A stretch of 64,000 nt of DNA from an uncultured Candidatus Saccharibacteria bacterium (GTDB taxonomy: Bacteria; Patescibacteriota; Minisyncoccia; Phycocordibacterales; UBA5272), in assembly GCA_964538815.1 (NCBI GenBank), contig CAZIHL010000002.1, positions 570-64,569 of the forward strand, written 5' to 3'. The position numbers and the translations under genes were made by a program. The stretch's first letter is position 1; each line of letters begins with the position of its first letter. The notes beneath the pieces are model-generated. The model was not told where the DNA came from and made no database searches. It was given only the letters and a program-made list of their open reading frames with translations. Below are positions 1 through 10,900 of the stretch, one piece after another.

Positions 1-1369
1 AGTGAGTTTTTAAATTGTTTATATTAAGATTTTTTCCATCAATAATATCCTGATATTCACTATCATTACGAATATCAAATAGTAATTGCCCATAAGGATA
101 ATCATTATTTACAAGATATAAGTTGTCATCCCAAGTGGTCATACCTTGATACCAAGCATCTGGAAGACCATACTCATAAGTTTTGATTTCTTTTGGTACG
201 GAACATATTATTATATTTTCTCCATTACTATCATTTTGACCACATTTATCAATCAAAGTATTAAAATTCAAAGAAGATAAATCATAATCTGTAAAAGATT
301 TATTATCAAAAGATTTTTTATAAGTTTTTAATCCGTTTCCAGTCATTATAGATACTAAAATATTACTATTATTTATATTAAAATACATTCCGTTATGATT
401 TCCGTATACTTGACTAAGTTTACCTAAAGATGAGCTTCCAGTATTTAATTTATATAAATTATTTACTTCATAATATGTTGGGGTTGTATAAGCATATACG
501 GTGCCATTATTTAATAAAGATAATTTCCAATATGATAACTCTGAAGAATAAATTCTGCTTCCATAAGTTTCATTTACATCACTTATATAATACCAATCTG
601 TATAAGTATCTAGGAAACCATTTGTAGTTTTGTTTTTAGTAACTACATATGCAACTTTTTTAGCATCAGGTGAAGTGGTTATAAATTTTATATTATCTGG
701 TAAGTTTGCAATATTTAGAAGGTTAGCAGTGGAGCCATGATATTCTGGAACTATTGCAGATACAGTTTTAATCGTATTATCTTCCGAATACTGCATAAAT
801 ACTCTACTTTTTCCTCCATTTTTATCATTCATAAAGTATGCCCTAACTACATTTGGGTAAGATTTTTCTGTAACTTGTACAGGAGAAGATTGAGGATCCC
901 ATAAATCTTTCTCATAAATATATCCAGTCTCGCTATCTACGAATTGTAAAATTGTTTTATTGTCTGTTCCAGTTTTTTCTTCACTAGTTTCTTCATCTAT
1001 ATATTTGTAAGTATAAGTTTTATTATAAAATCCATAACCTGCAACTGGTCTATCCCATACTTTTATTAATCCTTCAAAATAATAATCTCCAATTACACCA
1101 TTCTCATCTTCATTTGTATTGTTATTATTATCTTCATTATTTCCACCAAAAATACTATTAAATAAATTACTAAAGCTAAAAGTAGGTAGACCAGGATTTC
1201 CACTATTGTCAGTATTTGCACTTTCCTTTTTATTAAAAAATAAGAAATAAACAAGTAAACCAAAGACTAATACTGCTAAAGTAATAATAATTATTTCTTT
1301 TTTATATTTTTTAAAAAAAGATTTTGATTCCTCCTTTGGTGTTTGGTTTTGAATTAATTCTTGCTCCAT
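1..1369 (-). CDS. Membrane-anchored protein, probable beta-propeller-like extracellular domain (3' end runs off window)
   Basis: Not in ORF track. Manual translation from ATG at 1369 (MEQELIQNQ...) stays open over the parts read and shows one N-terminal TM helix and a C-terminal LPDAWYQG motif. Last visible gene of the T4SS-like cluster. Confidence 0.7.
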   Translation of the reverse strand, partial: MEQELIQNQTPKEESKSFFKKYKKEIIIITLAVLVFGLLVYFLFFNKKESANTDNSGNPGLPTFSFSNLFNSIFGGNNEDNNNNTNEDENGVIGDYYFEGLIKVWDRPVAGYGFYNKTYTYKYIDEETSEEKTGTDNKTILQFVDSETGYIYEKDLWDPQSSPVQVTEKSYPNVVRAYFMNDKNGGKSRVFMQYSEDNTIKTVSAIVPEYHGSTANLLNIANLPDNIKFITTSPDAKKVAYVVTKNKTTNGFLDTYTDWYYISDVNETYGSRIYSSELSYWKLSLLNNGTVYAYTTPTYYEVNNLYKLNTGSSSLGKLSQVYGNHNGMYFNINNSNILVSIMTGNGLKTYKKSFDNKSFTDYDLSSLNFNTLIDKCGQNDSNGENIIICSVPKEIKTYEYGLPDAWYQGMTTWDDNLYLVNNDYPYGQLLFDIRNDSEYQDIIDGKNLNINNLKTH

Positions 1370-1373
1370 ATTT

Positions 1374-2954
1374 TTATCTTCCGTTATATGACCAATGAAT
1401 GTTATCTTTCGTACCTAAATTATTATAAAAACCAACTCCAAATTTACCCCCATTTTCTTTTAACCATTTAAATTCTTCACTTGTACATGTATCTTCTTTT
1501 TTACACATGCCAATAGTTGCATTTGTAAAATCCACAGCCATTCCTGTCATGTGATTACTACAACCAGAAGCACACTCCCCAGAAGTTCTTCCACATAGTT
1601 CTTTCTGGTAGTTTTGAGTTCTGTATGAAGATGTTACTTCTATTTCTTTGTTGAATTTTGCTTTGTATGCCTCATTTAAACTTACTAAACTATCTAAAAA
1701 TTCTTTTTTAACGGTACATCTTGTTGGATTAGCATTATTTTCATTACACTTTATTTTTCCCGACAAACTTACCAAATCTGAAGATTTTAAGTCTTTAACT
1801 AGGGTTGTACAGGCCTGAGACCCATATAGTGATCCACTACCCGTTGATCCTTTACAATCACTAGAAGCTGCAAAAGCTTGTTTTTTTCCATCCTTAGTTG
1901 TTCCTTCACCTGGCCCTCCATTATATGAAGCTATCAAGTTTGCATTTCCAGTGTCAAATGTATACCCTTCTATGTTTTGTATTGTTCCACTAAGAGTGAA
2001 TCCAATAGATGGTCTATTTTTACTTTGATGTAAAGATTGTTTTGATTTTATAACTTTTGCAGCACAAGAAATTTGTTTATAACCAGTACTTTTCCAATCA
2101 GAGTCACAACCCGCACTACTTGCTGTACCATCTAATATTTGCATTAAACCATACGCATTAGCATCACTTTTTACAGATAAACTACTACAAGCTCCAGACT
2201 CTTGTGTACCTATAGCCATAAGAAAATCTTTTGGTATACCCGACTCTGATGCTACTTTAGTAAATTCGGCGTCATATTTTTTACAACCAGAATTTGGACC
2301 ACTTCCTTCCCATGGTTTTTCTTTTTGATATCCTTGTACTTTTTTTACATATTTTTGCGTTTCATCAAAACCTCCTGGATTTATAGGACATTGCCATGCA
2401 TAGGCTGAAGTATAAGCTCCAGATCCTCCTGTTCCACCATTATTTACTCCTTCAATTCTAACTTTACCAGCATATTCTGTAGCCACAGTCCAACCTGTTA
2501 GATCTGGATTAATAAAGGAAAGAATTGCATAAGCAAAAATAAATATAATTAGAGCTGTGCCTGCTGTTTTAATATAACTTCTTCCTTTTGTTTGATCGTA
2601 AATATTATCAAATGTGCCTTTGATCACAGCCCCTTGAAGAAGTCTATAAATAACTAATAAAACAATAGCCACTGCCATTAATGTTAACAAATAATTAAAT
2701 ACTGTTCCCACATCTCTTGTGTTTTGATTATCAAAAGTTTTTACAGTTTCTGATCCATCAAAAGAAGAAACATATTTATAGGTTTCATTAGCTCTAGTAT
2801 ATACATCGCCACTTTCTTCTGAAGGGGTAGAATTTGTAGAGCTAGAAGTCGTACTTGTGACTTCAGTAGAAGTTGGTGTTTGAGAATAAGTGAAATTAAA
2901 GGTTATACTAAAAATTATTAAAAAAACAGAAATGATTATTGATCTTTTAAGCAT
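1374..2954 (-). CDS. Pilin-like (VirB2/TrbC-type) membrane domain fused to a lytic transglycosylase (SLT-like) and an M15 zinc peptidase
   Basis: Two TM helices ending ILSFINPDL. LT motifs QESG, GLMQI, ASYNGG and ETQKYV. M15 motifs SSYRT, SNHMTGMAVD and DNIHW. Confidence 0.8.
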   Translation of the reverse strand: MLKRSIIISVFLIIFSITFNFTYSQTPTSTEVTSTTSSSTNSTPSEESGDVYTRANETYKYVSSFDGSETVKTFDNQNTRDVGTVFNYLLTLMAVAIVLLVIYRLLQGAVIKGTFDNIYDQTKGRSYIKTAGTALIIFIFAYAILSFINPDLTGWTVATEYAGKVRIEGVNNGGTGGSGAYTSAYAWQCPINPGGFDETQKYVKKVQGYQKEKPWEGSGPNSGCKKYDAEFTKVASESGIPKDFLMAIGTQESGACSSLSVKSDANAYGLMQILDGTASSAGCDSDWKSTGYKQISCAAKVIKSKQSLHQSKNRPSIGFTLSGTIQNIEGYTFDTGNANLIASYNGGPGEGTTKDGKKQAFAASSDCKGSTGSGSLYGSQACTTLVKDLKSSDLVSLSGKIKCNENNANPTRCTVKKEFLDSLVSLNEAYKAKFNKEIEVTSSYRTQNYQKELCGRTSGECASGCSNHMTGMAVDFTNATIGMCKKEDTCTSEEFKWLKENGGKFGVGFYNNLGTKDNIHWSYNGR

Positions 2955-2986
2955 AATAATTACATTTTAACATATTAAAAGTTTAA

Positions 2987-3760
2987 TTATTTGAATACAA
3001 AATTCAAATTTTCTTCACTAGATTGTAAGGTTTTACTTTTGTTGGTAACTTTTACCCCTACTCCAAAATTATTATAAGCACTTGTAGGTGCAGAATATGA
3101 AAAAATATTCGTAGAATTTGTATTTCCAGGAATTTTATTTACTGACCAAATATATGAAAGATTTGAATCTGTACTTCTATTTGTAGAAAAATAGAATGGT
3201 TCAGCTTTAATATTAAAACTCTCCCCTCTTGATACAGTATAATTTTCATATCTTTTATTTATCGCATTTGCATAAGTTAGTATTGGGTTACCTAGATCTT
3301 TGTATAGAAAAGCTTTAGATACCCTTGGGTAGATAGTTATTCTTTTTTCAGTAAGTAAAGTCTCAAGTGTATTATTTGTATAGACTTTTAATTCTATAAT
3401 ATTTTGATTTACTAATTCATCAAGTGGAAAAATTAGAAAATTTCCACCAGTTTTTGAATAAGTATTACTATAATAATCATTTATTTTCCAAGAATAGAAA
3501 AATTTTGATGCATCAAATGTTCCAGCTGGAGTATTTACTTCTACATTCGCCATAACTTTTATAGCAGCTTCCTCTCCAGGAAGAGGTTTTCCTTCGTAAA
3601 AAAGAGGAACATAACTATCAAGCACTTGCCAATCAAGATTAATATTTGTACTTACCCCTAAACTCTGTGCAGAAACTTTTAAAATAAAAATTTGTGCCAC
3701 AAGTATAAAAAGAAAAAAGATAGTAAAAGAAGTTTGGAAAGATATGTTTATTTTTTTCAT
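2987..3760 (-). CDS. Secreted hypothetical protein, probable beta-sandwich/Ig-like domains
   Basis: Signal-peptide-like N-terminus; two YSW/YIW-containing beta-rich segments; lies within the T4SS-like cluster. Confidence 0.6.
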   Translation of the reverse strand: MKKINISFQTSFTIFFLFILVAQIFILKVSAQSLGVSTNINLDWQVLDSYVPLFYEGKPLPGEEAAIKVMANVEVNTPAGTFDASKFFYSWKINDYYSNTYSKTGGNFLIFPLDELVNQNIIELKVYTNNTLETLLTEKRITIYPRVSKAFLYKDLGNPILTYANAINKRYENYTVSRGESFNIKAEPFYFSTNRSTDSNLSYIWSVNKIPGNTNSTNIFSYSAPTSAYNNFGVGVKVTNKSKTLQSSEENLNFVFK

Positions 3761-3781
3761 TATATATATTATATCAAATAA

Positions 3782-5593
3782 TTACACTCCAGCATTTTCC
3801 TCTTCCCTTCTCTTTTTTGCAGCTAAAAGTTGTTCTGGATTTGTTGTTACGATTTGATCTTCCACATAAGAAGATATAACTTTTATAGCTACATGTTTTT
3901 GCCCAGCAAAAAATATACCTTCTCCTACCCCAGATTGTAATAATAAATATTTTTCTTCATCTGTTAAATTAAAAGTTTTTTGAACCAAATCTATACTAGA
4001 AGGAGATTGTTTTAATAATAATTGCATACTACTATTAGTTATTATAGGTAAACCATACGGAGAACGTAAAAAATCACCAACATCTTGAGTAATAGTAGCA
4101 AGTCCTAAATAGTATTTTCTACCTCTTTTTGCCATACCAAAGAGAAATGATGCGGTATCTTCATTTTTCATCATTATCCAAGCCTCGTCAATAATTAATA
4201 ATCTCTTTTTTAATTCTTTTCTTATTTCACCCCAAATAAAGTGAGTAATAATATACATAGCCACAGGTTTTAATTCATCTTCCATATCACGAATAGAAAA
4301 ACAAATTAATTTTTTATTAATATCTATGTTTGATGGTTGTCCTATAAATCCTGACCATACTCCATCAATATATTTTGATAATCTTTGAGAAATATTTTCA
4401 CTTCCTTCAATACCAGAAAGAATATCAGCAAAATCTTTTAATATTGGGAATTCTATATTTTCTAAACTTTCTGTTTCTGAAGTAATATCTTTTATAGCAT
4501 AAGTCTCGGTAAGAGCTCTATCAACAATAGCATCCTCTTCTGGAGTAAGGCCACCAAGCATTACTCTAATTAAACCAACTAAATTTATAATATTACTTCT
4601 TAAAATATCAGAAATAGACTCATCTTCTCCTGGAGTTGGTAAATCAAAAGGATTTATATGATGATCAGAATTTAATGAAATATCAAAATATCTACCACCT
4701 ACAGATTCAGCCAAATATTCATATTCTTTTTCTGGGTCTATAATAATCACATCAGTATCAAACATTAAGGTTCTTAAAATTTCTAATTTTGTATAGTAAG
4801 ATTTACCAGAACCAGAAACTGCAAATACAGTACTATTATAATTTTCTAAAGAAAATCTATCAAAAAGTATAAGAGAACCATTATGTCTATTTAATCCATA
4901 TAGAATACCTCTATCTGTAGATAAATCAAAAGATAAAAATGGAAAAAAAGAAGAAAGTGGAGAAGTATTTAATTGGTTGGTTATTTTTAATGTATCTAAA
5001 GCAAAAGGAAAAACAGTTTTTAAAGCTTCTGCTTGTTGAAAAAGGGCTGGGCGAATATAAATAAGTCTACTTTCTGTAAGATTTTTTATTTCTGTTTCGG
5101 TTCTTTTTAACTCATCCTCTGTGTCTCCATAAATAGTTATATATAAAGCAACTTCAAACATTTTTTCACTTGCTTGTTGAAGCGAATCTCTCAAATCTTC
5201 AAGATCTTGTAAAGCTGTTTCAAGTTTTGGATCACGAACTTCTCCTTTTTCTTGTTTTGTGTAAATTTGAGACTCTATTTCTACTACTTTTTTTTGAAAT
5301 TTTTTCATTACTTCAGATGTAGCAAGAGGAGTTATGTGTATAGAAACATTAAAAACTTTATCTAAATTTATAATGGGTGCAAGCCAAGACTCATCTAAAT
5401 ATCTCGGATAAGAAATTACAAAAAAACTTTTTGCTATTTTTCCAGACAAATTTAATGATTGTGCTTCTATTTTTACACCAGCTGGGGCTAAAATACTTTT
5501 TAATTCCTCACTCGCTTTATTATAAACCTCATCTTTAGAAGGTTCGCCTATTTGTTTAGTATTTGATTTTAAAAATATATCTAAAAGTCCCAT
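3782..5593 (-). CDS. virB4: VirB4/TraC-family ATPase of a type IV secretion-like system
   Basis: Walker A AVSGSGKS, IIIDPEKEY, Walker B LLIIDEAW, RKY...ITQ motif. Confidence 0.9.
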   Translation of the reverse strand: MGLLDIFLKSNTKQIGEPSKDEVYNKASEELKSILAPAGVKIEAQSLNLSGKIAKSFFVISYPRYLDESWLAPIINLDKVFNVSIHITPLATSEVMKKFQKKVVEIESQIYTKQEKGEVRDPKLETALQDLEDLRDSLQQASEKMFEVALYITIYGDTEDELKRTETEIKNLTESRLIYIRPALFQQAEALKTVFPFALDTLKITNQLNTSPLSSFFPFLSFDLSTDRGILYGLNRHNGSLILFDRFSLENYNSTVFAVSGSGKSYYTKLEILRTLMFDTDVIIIDPEKEYEYLAESVGGRYFDISLNSDHHINPFDLPTPGEDESISDILRSNIINLVGLIRVMLGGLTPEEDAIVDRALTETYAIKDITSETESLENIEFPILKDFADILSGIEGSENISQRLSKYIDGVWSGFIGQPSNIDINKKLICFSIRDMEDELKPVAMYIITHFIWGEIRKELKKRLLIIDEAWIMMKNEDTASFLFGMAKRGRKYYLGLATITQDVGDFLRSPYGLPIITNSSMQLLLKQSPSSIDLVQKTFNLTDEEKYLLLQSGVGEGIFFAGQKHVAIKVISSYVEDQIVTTNPEQLLAAKKRREEENAGV

Positions 5594-5597
5594 AATT

Positions 5598-6182
5598 TTA
5601 ATTAATATCAGGAGTATTTAACTCATTAGGATTGAATAATTTATAATATAAATTTATTATTTCTTCTGTATCTGTGAGTTTAATATTTAAACCTAGAGAA
5701 ACTAATCCACTTGTAACAATAGAAATTCTTTGCATAAGTTGATTTTGATTTTTAATAAACTCAGCATCTTCCATTCTTTTTGTTGAATTTGTTATAGAAG
5801 GTATATCGTATGGTACGACTATATAAAAATTTTTAGTCATAATATTTTGTTCTTCAGTAAATTTTTGAATAAAATTTATATATTCTTTTATTTGTATTTT
5901 TAATAAATCTTCCTTTATATCTCTTTCCCTATCTTTTAAAAGTTCAATATAGTTACGAATATCTAATTTTTTAGATTGTAAAAATATTTGAATATTAAAA
6001 TCTAATGAATTTAAAAATGTTTGAAAGGCAGTAATAATACCCATCTGTTCGTCCTCACTTTTAAGAGATAAATTTATAGAAGTAGATGAAAGTATGGCTC
6101 TCATATTGCCATCATCTAAAATAACTATACCGTTTCTAATTTCTCTTATAGGTACAAAATTTTGAGTAGCATTTTTTATCAT
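5598..6182 (-). CDS. TraC-like protein (VirB4 N-terminal-like partner)
   Basis: INLSLKSEDEQ..I..FQTFLNSLDFNIQI and FYIVVPY segments, typical of the small gene preceding VirB4 in CPR clusters. Confidence 0.7.
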   Translation of the reverse strand: MIKNATQNFVPIREIRNGIVILDDGNMRAILSSTSINLSLKSEDEQMGIITAFQTFLNSLDFNIQIFLQSKKLDIRNYIELLKDRERDIKEDLLKIQIKEYINFIQKFTEEQNIMTKNFYIVVPYDIPSITNSTKRMEDAEFIKNQNQLMQRISIVTSGLVSLGLNIKLTDTEEIINLYYKLFNPNELNTPDIN

Positions 6183-6199
6183 TTTTTTATTATAACATT

Positions 6200-6697
6200 T
6201 TATATTTTATATTTATCATTTCTTTTTAATAATTCTTCTTTTAAATTTAAATTATTTATTTTTTCTTCACCCAAAATATCTAACCTACTAGATAATTCTT
6301 TAAGTTTTTCATGTGTTATATGCTTAGCTTCTATTTCTTTATTCTTTTTTATTTCTGCTTCTCTTTTTAAATTTTCTATAATTCTAAGCTCACTTTTTTC
6401 TGGTGCTATTTCTTCTTTCTTTTTTATCCAAACATAAGTTTTATTTCCTAATATAAATTTATAAGCAGCCTCTAAAATATCCGCAAAAGGTCTATTGTTA
6501 ATTTTAACAAAAGCCAAAGCTAAAAAGGTACCAGAAAATATAAGTATAAATAAAATAGAAATTATTTTAAAAGGTATTAATTTCCAAAAAATATAAGCAA
6601 AAGCTAAAGCCCCAAGCAAATAACCAAACTGTTTAAATGTAAAAGGTCCAAAAACTTTATCTTCAATATCTAAGAATTGGGGAAGTCTAAATTGCAT
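6200..6697 (-). CDS. PrgI-family (VirB3-like) membrane protein
   Basis: MQFRLPQFLDIEDKVFGPFTFKQF N-terminus followed by two TM helices. Confidence 0.85.
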   Translation of the reverse strand: MQFRLPQFLDIEDKVFGPFTFKQFGYLLGALAFAYIFWKLIPFKIISILFILIFSGTFLALAFVKINNRPFADILEAAYKFILGNKTYVWIKKKEEIAPEKSELRIIENLKREAEIKKNKEIEAKHITHEKLKELSSRLDILGEEKINNLNLKEELLKRNDKYKI

Positions 6698-6727
6698 AAA
6701 TATATTTTAACATTAATAATATATTTT

Positions 6728-7843
6728 TTAGATAGTTTCTCTATATGGATCAAAATTTTCATTATCAACATTATTTTCATTATATTCATCATTTTCTAAA
6801 AGCATTCTATTATAAGCTGTATTTTTAGTTTTTTGTATTTCTACTTCTTCAATACCTCTTTTTTCACGAAGAAAATTTAAATCTGCATTTTCATTTTCTT
6901 TAGATAAAAGCTTTTCTTTTAAAGTGTCAGCAAATTCTTTACTTAAATTTACAGTATTTTCTTGAGCATTTTCTATATTTTCTTTTTCTGATTCATCTTT
7001 AATATTTGATAATTCTTTTATTTTTTCCACTCTTTCTATTTCTTTATTTTCTTTACTTTTTGTTCTTTCTAATCTTTCATCTTCTTCTTTTTTTATTTGA
7101 GCCATTCTATCTTTTATTTTATCTATATCAGAAACATTTTGTAAGTTTATTTTTGCCAAAAGAGAATCCCTGTTAAACTCTTGTTTTTTTTCTTTTTCAA
7201 TTTCTTTTTCTTCCAAAATAGAATTTTTTATTGGTTTTTGTAATTCTCTTTCTTTATATTGTATAATAGGTGAATTTTTACCATTTAAATTACCGGTTCT
7301 TTCAAGTAATATTTTTCTTAATTCTTCCTTTTCAGCGGCTTCCTCCTTTTCTTTTAAGGTTAAATGTCTAATTTCTTTTTTTTCTTCTATTTTACTTTCT
7401 AAAACTTGTTTACGAATATCAGATAAAATGTAAGCGTCTATATTTTTCATTATCATACCCGCTGTAAAAGATTCTATAAGTATTCCGCTAGATCTAAAAC
7501 TTTCTATAAGAGTGTCTTTTGCTGAACTAATTGGTAAAATACCAACTAAAATGGATATTGTTATATTTTCAATTATAATTTTTGCTTTATCTTCATCTAA
7601 TTTTTCGATTTTACAAATAAGCTTTACATTCTCTTCTAATTTATCTCCTAAAATATAGTTTTGTATGACAGGAGAAGCATTTTTAAAAGCATTATCAAAT
7701 TGATTAGTGATTATGTCGTCATTATTTATAGATTTTTTTTGAGGATCAAGAAAATCATAAGAAGCTGTTTCTTCTTGCTCTTGGTTTTCTATATTTACAT
7801 TTTCTAGTATAGAATTGTTTTCTTCAATTTTGTCTTGAGGCAT
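6728..7843 (-). CDS. Hypothetical charged/coiled-coil protein
   Basis: 371-aa E/K-rich ORF ending in DPYRE, co-oriented within the cluster. Confidence 0.6.
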   Translation of the reverse strand: MPQDKIEENNSILENVNIENQEQEETASYDFLDPQKKSINNDDIITNQFDNAFKNASPVIQNYILGDKLEENVKLICKIEKLDEDKAKIIIENITISILVGILPISSAKDTLIESFRSSGILIESFTAGMIMKNIDAYILSDIRKQVLESKIEEKKEIRHLTLKEKEEAAEKEELRKILLERTGNLNGKNSPIIQYKERELQKPIKNSILEEKEIEKEKKQEFNRDSLLAKINLQNVSDIDKIKDRMAQIKKEEDERLERTKSKENKEIERVEKIKELSNIKDESEKENIENAQENTVNLSKEFADTLKEKLLSKENENADLNFLREKRGIEEVEIQKTKNTAYNRMLLENDEYNENNVDNENFDPYRETI

Positions 7844-7903
7844 AAATAATAAATGAGACCTTTTGTCTCATTTATTATATCAAATATTTTTTATTTTATT
7901 TTT

Positions 7904-10900
7904 TTATCTATTTATATAATCGTTTCCATCAAGATTATCTTTTCTTGTAGATTTTACATTTACTTTTTTTTCTACTTTTTCTGGTTTAATATTTGTTCTT
8001 ACAGGTTCTATTCTACCTACCGGCATACTTTCCATCCTTAAGTTATGTGCCATTTCTGATAATGCTCTTTGACTTTGATTTTGCATAGAGTTTCCACCTA
8101 TTTCTGCAACTATATTTGGTTTGGTATTTTCTTCAGGTTTTATTACATCTATTTTAGAATTGCTTTCAGTTCTTGCTCTATTTATTAAAGATATATTTTT
8201 TAAGGTGTTTGCATAATCTTTAGTTGTTACCGTAAGATCTTTTATATCTTTTGATATAGACTCTAAATTTTCTCTTATTTTTTGCGTATTATTTGTCTGA
8301 TTTTTTGATCTATTTTTTTCTTCCAGGTCTTGTAATACTGTCTTTTGATACTGGTCTGATGTATATCTTTGATTTTCTTCTTTTCTTAATTTATTCTCTT
8401 TTTTAAGATTTGTTTCTATATCTCCTCTTTTTTCTTCTAGAGCTTTTCTCCTGTTGCTAATTCTGTCCGCAAGTTCTTTATCTAATATTTCTTGATTCAT
8501 AACTCCTCCATTATTTTTAATCTTATTTCCCAAGCTAGCATTATGTTTTTCAAACTCTTCTTTATTTTTTGATTGTGCTTGACTAAATTGTAATCTGCTT
8601 TTTAAAGATTCTTGAGCAGAAACATTTTTTATAGAAGGAGCTGGGACACTGTTTTGATTTTGAGTTGTATTATTTGTATTTTGGGCAGTATTTTGATTTT
8701 GAGTTATATTATTTGTATTTTGATTCTGTTGGTTTTGGGTATTTGTTGTATTATTTGTATTTTGATTTTTCTTGTTCTTTTCTTCAAATTCAGATATTGA
8801 TTTCATTATTTTTTCTTTTCTTTTATTTTCATCAGGCTCATCTTTAATAATTTTATCAAAATCTTCTTTTAATTTACTGTTTTTTGGTTTTTCTAATTCT
8901 TTACTAAAATACTCTTCACCTTTTCCATTTTCTTTAAAATGATTATTTATAAATTTGATCATTTTTTCTTTTCTCTTGTCTTTGTCAGATTCTTTATTAA
9001 TTTTATTAAAATTACCCGCTAATCTATTATTAGTATCTATTTTTTCTTCAAAAGAAAGATTTTTATTTTTAGATTCTAATCTATCAGCTACCCTATTTCC
9101 GTTAAATATAACTGAAGTACCAGTCCAACCAGATCTTAAATTATTTATATGTTTCCCTTTTGCATCATCATTTAATCTGTCATAAAAGTGTTTCTCTTTC
9201 GCATATCTCTTTCTAAAAGAAGAATCTATTGTGGTATTTCCACCCTTACCAAAAGTCCCTTTTGTTGCAGCTTGAAAAACTTTTGAATTCCTAGCATCAA
9301 AAGTACTATTTTGAGCATAGTCTTGTAGTTTTAATGCTAATCTGCCTCGAGTGCCTCCTTTGGCTATCCATCCATCAAATTTCTTACTATTTACCACTTT
9401 TCCCGCACCCATTCGTAGAGCTTTTGAGGCTCCACCAAAAGCCAGACTACCAATAGTACCAGAAATTTTTCCTGAAACTTTTGCACCAATTTCTCCACTT
9501 AAGTTTTTCGCTGTTGTTATTGCGAGTTGTAGGATAATTATAGAAATAACACCAGATATAGCAGCACCCGTCAATTGTCCAGAAATATTTTCTGTAGTCA
9601 AGGCAGAAGTATTTTGTATTAAGGCACTACCAGCATCACCAACTTTCATCGCTATAAGTAGTAAGAATAAAAATATAGGCGCCATAATTGTAGCATTGGT
9701 AAAATATTTAATTACCATATCTCTATATTTATCTATATAACTATTTATGCCAGCTGGCAGTAGCATAACTGGAGAGAAGATCATGCACAGAACAAGAGTT
9801 ATACCACGAATAAATATTAATATTGCTGCTTGGAAAAATATTATTATTGCTACACCAGTTATTAATACTTGTATCCCAAATGCTGGAACGGAATCCCAAG
9901 CACCTAAACTTATAATTTCTTGACTTTTTAAGGAAGGATCTCCAATAATTAATCTTTCCATACTAGAAGCAATACTTTGATTTGGATTATGTAAAGATCT
10001 ATAGATATATATTGAAAATACATTTGCTTGATCAATTAAAAACCCTACAATACTAAATGAAAAGTATACAAATAATGCAGTAAATAAAATCTTAGGAAGA
10101 ATTTTTTGTATTTGAGCAGTGTCATTATCTATCAGCATTCTGATAATGTAATAAAAGACAATTGGCAATAGAAGTGAAGTAACAAGAGCCAAAATTACCT
10201 TTCTCCACACTTCATAAGCACCAGAATTACTAACTAAGTCGCTAAAATTATAAACACTAAAACCCATTACCCAGTCAAAAAGCTTTTCAGATAAAGTTAG
10301 AATCATTTTGAATAAAGAATTTAAACCTTGCAAAAGCATATTTATCAAATATGCAACTATACTACAATTTGTAGCTCCAATAAATGTATCCCAAAAGCCT
10401 GCAGTAGGAGAACATTGTTTTACTGTTGACGTTTGTGCCGCTCCTCCAGTCTCTGGATCTTTTATCGGTTCATTTTGTTCATTTATAATTAAAGGAAAAT
10501 CTCTACCTTTTCGACTAACTTTTCCATAAACTCCCCCTGTTGGATTGATCTCGTCTTCTCTTAGTTTTTCTTCTTCTCCTGACCAATTCCAAGGACCTCC
10601 GTCGTAAGACTTATTTATCATTTCATTAATAATTTTAGAGGTTTCTGTATCTAGATTCTGGTATTTATCTTGAATAACTTTTAGTTGTTTATATAGATAT
10701 ATCCTTCTTTGTCTAACAAGTATTATTTTAAAATCATCAAATCCGTAAATCTCTTCTACATTAAGTACATCATTATATAAAGATTGAAAACTTGTGGTTG
10801 TTGCACCAACCATACCAGTATAAGTTTTTGTATTATCTATTATTTTTGTAAGTTCTGCAATAAGAGGTGTTGTAGTAGCATTTACTTTAATTTGTGTAAT

